Below, one piece after another: positions 17,326 through 25,678 of a DNA stretch of 32,000 nt. Under the pieces are notes generated by a model, which was given only the letters and a program-made list of their open reading frames with translations, had not been told where the DNA came from and did not search any database. Within the stretch, counting starts at the first letter, position 1, and each line of letters starts with the position of its first letter. The position numbers and the translations under genes are program-made. Source of the stretch: Pyrobaculum aerophilum str. IM2 (GTDB lineage Archaea > Thermoproteota > Thermoprotei > Thermoproteales > Thermoproteaceae); the NCBI RefSeq assembly GCF_000007225.1, contig NC_003364.1, positions 690,001-722,000 on the forward strand, written 5' to 3'.

Positions 17326-17512
17326 CGCCCCGCTGGGTTATTCATTTTCTGGGCACTGTCTGTGGCGTGGACACGGCGCCTTCTGTCCGGGCAATCACTC
17401 TCATTCCCTTTCTTAACGTTACGCCGCCGCCTTGAGGACGGGGCATCCTCCTATTGGCATTGGGAGTTGACAGGAAGGGCTGTTATGCGCGTCCGGCCTA
17501 GACGCATTTTTT
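17326..17512 (+). ncRNA. Candidate structured small RNA (unclassified)
   Basis: A GC-rich block with no credible ORF. Upstream A/T box 17293..17310. Local hairpins at 17321..17337, 17369..17388, 17434..17450 and 17485..17507, followed by T6 at 17507..17512. Strand and ends are guesses. Confidence 0.25.
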
Positions 17513-17551
17513 CGCCAAGGCGTGCGGCCTCTGCGCGGCTGTGACGGTAGT

Positions 17552-17564
17552 AAGTATATATATT
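17552..17564 (+). promoter_or_regulatory. TATA-like box for the 17583 ORF-malQ pair
   Basis: AAGTATATATATT is centred about 26 nt upstream of ATG 17583. Confidence 0.5.
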
Positions 17565-17582
17565 GCGGTTTGTTAAGTGCCT

Positions 17583-18014
17583 ATGTACAGAGTTTACGAC
17601 CGGAGAGTGCAACTTCCGATTAAAATCAGCAAGGGGGCTGATGAGCAGGCGAGGCTTAGAAAGCTGGAGAGGTGGCCTAGAGAGGCCGGCACCACGGTGG
17701 TTCTCGACGAGTCAGGCTCTAATTTTAACAAGCTAGTTCAGATCTACGCCGCCGACTACGGCTTAGAGCTCGGCGAGAAGAAGTGGGACGTGAAGACTGA
17801 GGGCGAGTCCATAAAGGCTAGGCTCGAAATCCCCATGTTAAAAAGCGGTGAGGTAAAAGGCCGCGCGGTAATGGAGGCGGAAATCCCCAAGGCCCCCTCG
17901 GGGGAGGAGGGCAATAACGCGGTTTATACTGCCGACGTCCACTATTATATTGAAATTGACGAGCAAGTCCTGGCGGAGTCCACCACTAGCGGCGTCGTGG
18001 AGTTCACTCTGTAA
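17583..18014 (+). CDS. Hypothetical protein (143 aa), translationally coupled to malQ
   Basis: ORF in the track (starts there at GTG 17577). ATG 17583 fits the TATA spacing. The stop and the malQ start share TAATG at 18012..18016. No motif recognised. Confidence 0.55.
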   Translation: MYRVYDRRVQLPIKISKGADEQARLRKLERWPREAGTTVVLDESGSNFNKLVQIYAADYGLELGEKKWDVKTEGESIKARLEIPMLKSGEVKGRAVMEAEIPKAPSGEEGNNAVYTADVHYYIEIDEQVLAESTTSGVVEFTL

Positions 18015-19420
18015 TGTTAAGAGGCGCCGGCGTATTATTGCACATAACCTCGCTGCCAGGGGGCTGTTTTGTCGGCGACTTGGGGCCGGAGGCGTATAAA
18101 TTCGCAGACAGCTTGGCATACGCAGAGCAGACCTACTGGCAGACACTGCCCATAAACCACACAGTCCCCGAGTACGAGAACTCCCCCTACAGCGCCGTGT
18201 CTAGCTACGCCGGAGACCCCGTTTTAATAAGCCTTGAGTTAATGAAGCGCGACGGCTTAATAGACAGCGTTCCCCAGTGCCCGCCCGCGGAGAGAGCCGA
18301 TTACATAAAGGCCTGGGAGGTAAAGAGAAAGGCGCTGGAAAAGGCTCTGAAGAGGGCCGGGAGGCTGAGCGACTACCGCCATTTTAAAGACGTCACGCCT
18401 TGGCTTGACGACTACGCCTATTACATGGCCATGAGGGAGAGGTTCGGGCCGTGGCCTGTATGGCCTAAGGAGGAGCCGCCTCCCGCGTCACTGGAATTAT
18501 ATAAATTCGCCCAGTTCGTCTTCTGGACGCAGTGGGAGAGGTTTAAAGAATATGTAAACAGCCTGGGCATTTTCCTCATCGGCGACCTCCCCTTTTACCC
18601 AAGTCTCGATAGCGTAGATGTGTGGAGGAACAAAAAGTATTTTAAAGTGGGAGAAGACGGGAGGCCGCTGTACGTGGCTGGGGTACCCCCAGATTATTTC
18701 TCGGCCACTGGACAGCTGTGGGGAAACCCCGTTTACAACTGGGAGGCGCTGGAAAGAGACGGCTTTAAGTGGTGGGTTAATAGGCTTAAACACGCAGTGA
18801 CAGTTTTTGACTACGTCAGGCTGGACCACTTCAGGGGATACGTGGCGTATTGGGAAGTGCCGGGGGGCGAGACGACGGCAGTTAGGGGGAGGTGGGCGCC
18901 GTCCCCCGGGAGGAGGCTGTTTGAAGCAGCCGCCGCGGCTGTAGACCTCGGCAGATTAATCGCCGAGGACTTAGGCTATATAACCCCGGAGGTGGAGGCG
19001 TTGCGAGAAGAATTGGGGCTGCCGGGAATGCGGGTTTTACAATTCGCCTGGGACGGAAACCCAGCCAATCCCCACAAGCCGCACAACCACGTGAAAAACG
19101 CCGTGGTGTACACGGGCACTCACGACAATAATACAGCAGTCGGCTGGTATAAAGAAGAGGCCACTGCCCGGGCCAGGCGGGAGTTTAAAAAGTACTCAAA
19201 TTGCGCCGGAGAAGTACACTGGTGTTTTATAAAACTGGCACACATGTCCGTGGCAAACGTGGCAATAGTCCCCGTGCAAGACCTACTGGGACTGGGTTCA
19301 GAGGCCAGGATGAATAGGCCAGGCACTGTGGGGGGCAACTGGAAGTGGAGGCTTGGGGCCCAGCCGGAGCCGCGCGTTTGGAAGAGGCTTAGAGACGTCA
19401 CGAGGACTTATGGCAGATAA
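18014..19420 (+). CDS. malQ: 4-alpha-glucanotransferase (amylomaltase, GH77)
   Basis: GH77 blocks are present: GDLPFY, RLDHFRGY, IAEDLG, YTGTHDN. Confidence 0.9.
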   Translation: MLRGAGVLLHITSLPGGCFVGDLGPEAYKFADSLAYAEQTYWQTLPINHTVPEYENSPYSAVSSYAGDPVLISLELMKRDGLIDSVPQCPPAERADYIKAWEVKRKALEKALKRAGRLSDYRHFKDVTPWLDDYAYYMAMRERFGPWPVWPKEEPPPASLELYKFAQFVFWTQWERFKEYVNSLGIFLIGDLPFYPSLDSVDVWRNKKYFKVGEDGRPLYVAGVPPDYFSATGQLWGNPVYNWEALERDGFKWWVNRLKHAVTVFDYVRLDHFRGYVAYWEVPGGETTAVRGRWAPSPGRRLFEAAAAAVDLGRLIAEDLGYITPEVEALREELGLPGMRVLQFAWDGNPANPHKPHNHVKNAVVYTGTHDNNTAVGWYKEEATARARREFKKYSNCAGEVHWCFIKLAHMSVANVAIVPVQDLLGLGSEARMNRPGTVGGNWKWRLGAQPEPRVWKRLRDVTRTYGR

Positions 19421-19483
19421 TTTAAAACACTGGTTTTGTTAGGACTGGCCCCCCTATATGCCCTCTCCCCCAGATACTCCGAC

Positions 19484-19551
19484 GACACGCCGAATTTTCT
19501 GGGTAGGGAAAAGGCCTCTGGGAGGGGGACTTTTACACACGCCGCCTTAAC
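19484..19551 (-). pseudogene. 5'-end remnant of another small repeat-family gene, placed head to tail after 19547..20389
   Basis: The minus strand reads VKAACVKVPLPEAFSLPRKFGVS, against MTVKAVKAACVKVALPEAFSLPRKFGVS of the neighbouring gene. It lacks an ATG, and homology stops near 19484. Confidence 0.7.
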
Positions 19552-20389
19552 TGTCGCCGCACCTGTGAACCACTTTAATCCACTCCTGGTAGAGGGGGCT
19601 CTCAGGCTTAATGTACACGCCGTCTGTTGTTGTCCTCACTAAAAACTTCCATTTGGCGTTCCCCCACTTGCATACCGCCTCCCTCTCCGTCACAAAACAC
19701 GACGCGGGCGCCCCCATCCACTCCCCGTCCCACCAAAAGGCCCTCCTCAGCGAGAAGTCAGAGGCGTATAGTGACGCCCTCCCTCCCAGCTCTCTCTTGA
19801 TAAAGTTGTATAGCTGGCACATGGCAAAATACTCCTCAAGCCTCTTTACAATCCCCTCTATCAAGCCCATCGGCTCGCGGCCGAAACACTGCCTATGCCA
19901 CTGGGCCACCGCTCTGTACAACTCCCTCCTCAACTCCCTCCACGCCTTCTGGCTCTTAAGGGCCTCTCTGGGCGGGTTTCTGAGAAAGTCTATGACGCCT
20001 CTAACACATCCCTCGGCCGTCGGCCTCTTGCACAGCCACTTGTCCACCTCAACGCCGTTTACATAAACAGCGTCTTGCGCCAGCTCAACTTCGTATTTCG
20101 CCGCCAGCTCGTAAAGCGCGTCTGCAAAATACTGCGGCAGTCTGTAGCTTCCCTCTTCCCTCTCCTCTCTCCGCTTGTAAACTGCCAGATAGCGTTTAGC
20201 GATTGCGTCGTAGGGTAGCACGTAGCGGAAATACAGGCCTTTAACGCCCCCCTCTGCCACAACGGCGTCAACGCCGTAGAAGGCCCCTTGCGTGAAACAC
20301 CCCCAAGAGACGCCGAATTTGCGCGGTAAGGAAAAGGCCTCTGGTAGCGCCACTTTTACACACGCCGCCTTAACCGCCTTAACTGTCAT
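19547..20389 (-). CDS. Small repeat-family protein, second full-length copy (diverged), 280 aa
   Basis: ORF in the track. It aligns with 2902..3822 over [61 protein letters not shown] and RRAFWW.GEW.G...SCFVTE.EAVCK. Confidence 0.8.
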   Translation of the reverse strand: MTVKAVKAACVKVALPEAFSLPRKFGVSWGCFTQGAFYGVDAVVAEGGVKGLYFRYVLPYDAIAKRYLAVYKRREEREEGSYRLPQYFADALYELAAKYEVELAQDAVYVNGVEVDKWLCKRPTAEGCVRGVIDFLRNPPREALKSQKAWRELRRELYRAVAQWHRQCFGREPMGLIEGIVKRLEEYFAMCQLYNFIKRELGGRASLYASDFSLRRAFWWDGEWMGAPASCFVTEREAVCKWGNAKWKFLVRTTTDGVYIKPESPLYQEWIKVVHRCGDS

Positions 20390-20858
20390 CGCCCCTATAC
20401 GCCACTTTAATCCAGTCGTCTATTAACTTGATTTCAGGCCTTAGGTACACGCCGTGGGGCGTGTCAAATACATAAAACGTTGCCATCTTATCGCCTACTT
20501 TACACACAGCCTTTTTCTCCGTCACGAAACACGACATGGGCTTTCCCCTCCATTCCCCTTCCCACCAAAAGGCCTTCCTCAGGGCGTATTCGCTGATTAG
20601 CGGTTCGGCGTATTTCTCCCCGTACTCAGCAATTGCGGTCTTTGCCATTTCGCACATGCCGTAATACAGTTCAATCCGCCTTACTAATTTGCCCTCCTCG
20701 CCCGGCATGATGGGCCACTTAAAACATCTGCGGTACCAGTCCTTTAACGCCGCCATTACCTGACTCTTAAGCTCAAGTCTCCTCTGCTCCTCCTCCTTCT
20801 TCCTCCACTCCAGTACGCGGGACTCCTCGTTCTTTATGTAATCTATGGCGCGTATGCG
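20379..20858 (-). pseudogene. 5'-truncated small repeat-family gene (about the C-terminal 160 codons)
   Basis: The track ORF is 20379..20756. The frame stays open upstream to 20858 (RIRAIDYIKNEESRVLEWRKKEEEQRRLELKSQV) and still matches residues ~148-180 of 2902..3822. Roughly 110 nt are identical to 3650..3760. The first ~145 codons are absent. Confidence 0.8.
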
Positions 20859-20890
20859 TTAAAATATTGCCTTAAATCTCGCTTAAGTTG

Positions 20891-20900
20891 TTTTTAAAAA
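20891..20900 (+). promoter_or_regulatory. A/T box upstream of large-gene copy 2
   Basis: TTTTTAAAAA is centred about 18-19 nt upstream of GTG 20914. That spacing is shorter than at the other genes here. Confidence 0.35.
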
Positions 20901-20913
20901 GGCGCGGAAATAC

Positions 20914-23900
20914 GTGGAAGAGGCGCCGGGATGCATCGCGGCGGTAGAGGAGGCAGTCAAGCCGGCAGTTGTAGCCGCCGCCGGCCTGGCCGGATACGCG
21001 GCGCTACACGACGGGCTGTACTCAACGGCTGTTGTGTCAGCGACGGCCGCGGCGGTAGTACTGGCGAGGGAGGGGGCCTTTGAGAGGGCAGTGGAGTACG
21101 TAAGAAGGGCCGCCGAGGCGGCGTATGAAGCCGCGAGGGAGGTATTCGAAAAGGCGAGAATAACGTTGCAGAGGCTTTACGAGCTGTTTGTAGAGGCGGT
21201 GGCGAGAGTCCTTGACTACGTAAGAGCGCATTGGTTCATAATGGCCGCCGCGGCGGCCGGGCTGATGGCGTGGGTAGTGGCGCAACAACTGGACTACACG
21301 CTTTGGCAGAACCACATAGCGCTTAACGCCGGGGCGATAGCGGGACTGGCAAAGGCGGCTGGCGTTGGCGATAAGTGGAAGGAAGTAGGGAATGCGGTAT
21401 TGACAAAAACAGCAAGCGAGAAAGAGATTGTAGAGCGCGCCGCCCAGCTAGGCCTTGACAAAGGCGTTGTGGAGAAGGCGGTAAGCGCCTTCTCAACGCT
21501 GAGACACGCGATGGATGAGAAGCAAATAGAAAATGCAGTGTTAGAGTTAAGGCGCCTGGCTAGTTATGTGCAGGCGATGAAAGCCGCCAACTACAAAAAG
21601 GCCCTTGAGGAGGCCTCTAAGGCGTGGTATGAGCAAAGAGATCCCGCGGCGCTTTGGGCTCTGGCAGTACTTGGCGCTAGGGAGACCGGCAAGAGCGTAA
21701 AGGTCTTTGAAGATGACGATGACAGAATAGCATATCTAATAGCCTCCTTCACGCTATTAAACCACTTGAGGGAGTTTGTAGAGCTGAAGAACAAGTCCTA
21801 CAAGGCGCTTGAAAGGCTGGAAGGAGCTGTGAAAAGCGGCAGATTTGCCCTTAGCGACGTATGGGGTGACCTCAACGTGTTGGTAGAAGCCGCGGAAAGG
21901 GCGAAGGGAGGTTACCAACGAGCTGGACAGAATTGCATATAGGCTGGAGGGAGCTGGTTACAGCGGAATTGCCGAAAGGCTGAGAGTGGCTACGGAGAAC
22001 GTAATAAGGCTTGCGGAGGCTACGCGAGACGATCTTCCCAAGATAGACGCCACTAGAGGAGAGAGGACAGTGACCGCTTTGCTATCGCTTGTAACTGGCG
22101 GCCTATTCGGCGTCACTGTGGAGAGGGCATTGGCGGAAAGAGGCAAATGGACAGTAGGCGCTCTTGGCATTGCGTCAGCAGTTAGGAGTACACCCTCAAA
22201 CTTCTACAACGCGTTTAGCTCAGTCAGCGGCGATGAGAAGCCTTCAGAGGCCAAAAAGCTGACCTTCCGCATTGCCACTTTGCTGGCAGATCCCGCAATG
22301 AGAGAAATACTGGCCGGCAGACAGGGCGTGGAAGTACGCGTAGAGCAAAAAACAGAAAACGGCAAAAAGTACATTTATATCACGTTTGTAGACAAGGACG
22401 GCCACGAGCTCCTCAAAGCCCCATGGGATGCCGACAGGGGGTTAATGCCGCTTTGGGCTGAGGGAGAGGTAGTAGAGCTGTTTAAAGAAGTTGGCAAATT
22501 GGCTGTGGCTGTCTCCTCCGGCTCTAAACCGCTGGAAGAGCTGAACGAGGAGGAATGGAAAAAAGTGGTAGAAACAGTGAGGAGGGTGAAAAAGGCAATT
22601 GAATGGACCGTCAAGGCCGTTGCAATCGGCGCACTGCCCACAGACGCTGTCCTATTACCTGGGTCTGAGTACGTCCGCGGTACCTCCTCCTACCTCTCGC
22701 AGACATTTACCTATTGGGCGCTAGCTAAGGACAGAATTGGGCTCGTAAGAGTATACCCCTCCGAGGAGGGGCTAAAGCCGATGTGGCGCGTTGAGGGCAA
22801 GTACACTGAGGCGGTGCGCGAGGTGCTGAGTGTAGGCCGCGCCGTGTTTGAAAATCTATTGGCGCTTAACCAGCAGTTGAAAAGCGGCATTGATCTGAGG
22901 ACGGCTCTAGCTGACGTTAAAATGAACGATAAATTAAAAGCCGATTTGGAACAGGCGGCCGGCGAGTTCTGGAGCCGCGTTAATGAGCTGTTAGCACGGT
23001 GGAAACAGCTAGAAAGGGAGGTAAACGAGAAAGAAGACGAAGAGAGGGAAAAGGTAATAAATGAGATAGACAAACTGGGCAAGTACCTCCGCGTCCTCCT
23101 GCCACTGGCGTACGCAGTGGAGGCGTACAAGAGGGGAGAGCTGTCTAGAGAGGAGGCGGCTCTGGCGGTGATTTTCGCAGTGTTGTACGATGGGACTGTG
23201 TTTAGAGGCGAAATTCAGCTTGTAGTAGGCGGCCCCGAGCATGAAGAGGAGCCGATTATGACTCACAACCACTTCACCGTGTTCTGGCTTTGGGCGCTGA
23301 AGGAGCTCGGCTTTAAGCCCAGCGCAGTGTATAGGGGCAGAGGCTCGCAGATCATTGCCTACAGAGGCGACAAGCTGAACGAATTGCTGGAGGCGATAAC
23401 GCCGATGCTACCCTTGTTGTACCAGCTTAGAGATGCCATTGCAAAATTCGCCGATGCGTTTAGAGTTGTTACGCACGAGGCGATTAAAAGGAAATTCGGC
23501 ATTGAGTGGGCATATGACGTGAGGAACGAAAGGTTTTTCAAAAAGCTAGAGGAAGTTGTTACAATGGCAGAGGACTACGTCTACAGAAACATCGCCGTAG
23601 AGAGGGGGCCGCTGGACACGAGCGGAAGCCATCCGAAGACCGTAATCCGCTTCAAGTTAGACGGGGAGGAAATAGCATCTATCAACGTGTACTGGACTGG
23701 TAAAGTACTACATGCTAAGTTCGCCGGCTCTCGCGAAAAGGCGGAGCGCCTGGCCTCTATCTTAAGGGCTTTAGGCGGCCAGGCTGAGGTTAAGCGCGTA
23801 GGTAAGAGATGGGTAGTCCAGCTCTACACCGACGGCATTGCTGCCATTCGCCACGGCGACTGGCTTAAAGCAGTGAGAGGCTTTGTGGACGAGCTTAAAG

Positions 23901-24982
23901 ACAAGGGACTGATCAGCGAGAATAGGTACGATCAGTTAATGAGGGATCTAGAGGCCGGCCCCAACACCGTTAAATTCGCCGGTGTGGAGTTCACGGTTAA
24001 CTACAGAGGCCAGAGCGACAAAATACACGTACGATATCACCCGGGTAGCGAGGCCTCTAAAAACGCTATTGTGGACACCCTTAAGGCGAGGGGTTTGAAG
24101 GAGGGTGTACACTTCACTGTTAATATAGTGGGCGCTGAACGTTACGAAATCCGCGTTACGAAAGAGGCATACGCCAAGGCCGTTGAGGCATTGGCGCAGA
24201 GCGGGCTGAGGGAGGGAGAACACTACTCCGTTTACGGCAAAAGGCGCGAAATCCGCGTCAGGGCGGAGCACAAAGACGCCGTCATAAACGCCTTGAAGGG
24301 GGCAGGGCTGGAGGAGGGCAAGGACTTCACGGTGAGAAGCGGTGGAGTTTATACAATCTACATCACTTACGACGGCCTTAGGGAGATTCAGCGCATGGCG
24401 CTGAATGGCGACTTGGAGGCTGAAAAGTTCATTAGGGAGCTTGAGGACGTGTTAAAGCGCAGACACGGCGATGATGCAGTGAAAAAGCTGATAGAGATTC
24501 TGACACCGGCGAGAGAGGAGGGGACTATAGATCTGCCACTAACGGTTTACGACGATAGGGGCAACTTAATCGCCCGCGTTGTAGATCTGAAGTACGAATT
24601 CGTGAAAGGAAAACGGAAGGGCAGACGGTCAACGGGCCAACCCGTAAACCAGTGCGCCGGGGAGGACTGCCGTCTGCGCGTTATTGTGGAGTACGAGGTA
24701 GGGGGAGAGAGGAGGCAATTGAAGATGGAGTGGTATTGGAGCAAGGTTCAGAAAAAGAAAGGTGAGACAACAGTCACGTACTTCTTCGAAATAGCGCGGC
24801 CAACGGTGAAGGACGATGTGGAAGTTGCCGTGCTGAAAACGCTAACAGGAAAGGCGAAGAGGGGCGAAGTATATCTCCTAGCTGACCAGCTAGACGCCCT
24901 GCGCCGGTTCAAACCGTTGAGGGACGCCGTAGATAAGTGGAGGGAGGGAAGGCCGCAAAAGGGCTCTACCAGCCGTCTTTAA
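20914..24982 (+). pseudogene. Large repeat-family gene, copy 2 (PaREP2b-like by recollection), split by a frame change into 342-aa and 998-aa ORFs
   Basis: Copy 1 reads straight through the equivalent point (LNALAEAEAKARKRAEEIAKEFNTISYKLEDAGVSGIAERLKVTTENV). In copy 2 the first frame gives LNVLVEAAERAKGGYQRAGQNCI-stop, while the next frame gives REVTNELDRIAYRLEGAGYSGIAERLRVATENV. The frame switch must lie within 21877..21942. Confidence 0.8.
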
Positions 24983-25014
24983 ACCGCCACGGCGTCTTGG
25001 AAAAGCCCTAAGTC

Positions 25015-25653
25015 TCAGCCCCGAGAGTCGCCAGGATTTTCCCCACTCTCGTGCCGATTTCTCCCAAGCCCAATACGGCCACCAACGGTCTTCCACTGCC
25101 ACCTTATACACTCAGACGGCATTCTCCCCTCTCGTAATCGCTGTAAAGTTCGGGGATCTGAGGGGTATCCGCTGCCGAAATCGCCGACTTCTTTTTTAAG
25201 CAATTGTATAAGCCTGTCTCTCACCACTTTAGCCACAATACTCGCGGCGGCCACTTGGGGCACCGCCTCCCCCTTGTGCAGCGCGATTACCCTCTTCCCC
25301 GTGGCGAAGACAAGCCCGCTTTCATACCTCTTGGGGTTAACGTCTGGGGAGTCGACGTAGTAATACTCGGCTGGGCATAAATTAATTAACTGCGCCGTGT
25401 ATTTCAACTCCAAGGCGTTTAGCATGCCCCTGGAGACGTAGGCGTCTATTTCCGCCGGCTCTATTACTACATAGTTTACACAAGCCGCAACTCTCAAGAT
25501 CTTCTCATACACAGCCTCCCTGGCACCAGGCGAGAGCCGTTTGGAATCCCTCACGCCTATTTTAATCATGTCATCGCTCTCACCTACCACAATTGCAATG
25601 ACCATGGGGCCGATAACCGGACCCCTGCCCGCTTCGTCAATGCCGCCAATCAT
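25015..25653 (-). CDS. rnhB: Ribonuclease HII
   Basis: MIGGIDEAGRGPVIGPMV is at the N-terminus, and DSKRLS and VAAASIVAKVVRD are also present. I chose ATG 25653 by similarity to typical RNase HII N-termini. The track ORF begins at TTG 25704. Confidence 0.9.
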   Translation of the reverse strand: MIGGIDEAGRGPVIGPMVIAIVVGESDDMIKIGVRDSKRLSPGAREAVYEKILRVAACVNYVVIEPAEIDAYVSRGMLNALELKYTAQLINLCPAEYYYVDSPDVNPKRYESGLVFATGKRVIALHKGEAVPQVAAASIVAKVVRDRLIQLLKKEVGDFGSGYPSDPRTLQRLREGRMPSECIRWQWKTVGGRIGLGRNRHESGENPGDSRG

Positions 25654-25678
25654 TTTAAAAATAGTTGTAGGTAATGAC

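Noticed and set aside
17293-17512. Identifying the GC-rich block as RNase P RNA (the minimal Pyrobaculum type) or SRP RNA.
   Set aside because: GAGGACGGGGC and ACAGGAAGGGCTGTTA only loosely resemble CR-I and CR-V, and they cannot form the P4 pairing. No SRP helix-8 GGAA-type motif was found. I left the region as an unclassified candidate.
17362-17544. A 60-aa ORF (MAWTRRLLSGQSL...) in the long intergenic region.
   Set aside because: It is Arg/Ser/Leu-rich and GC-driven, has no promoter spacing, and runs through the T6 tract. A non-coding explanation is preferred.
19436-20271. Track ORFs 19436..19642(+), 19611..20066(+), 19895..20218(+) and 20059..20271(-).
   Set aside because: They are shadow ORFs overlapping the conserved small repeat-family gene 19547..20389. 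They have no independent support.
21877-21942. Programmed ribosomal frameshifting as the explanation for the split large gene.
   Set aside because: I saw no slippery heptamer or downstream structure, and the site also differs from copy 1 by a multi-codon length change. A simple indel is more parsimonious. I kept it as an open question in the findings.
25541-25678. The first 46 codons of track ORF 25541..25852.
   Set aside because: They are antisense to the well-supported rnhB N-terminus and low in complexity. Only the zinc-finger tail lies in non-coding space.
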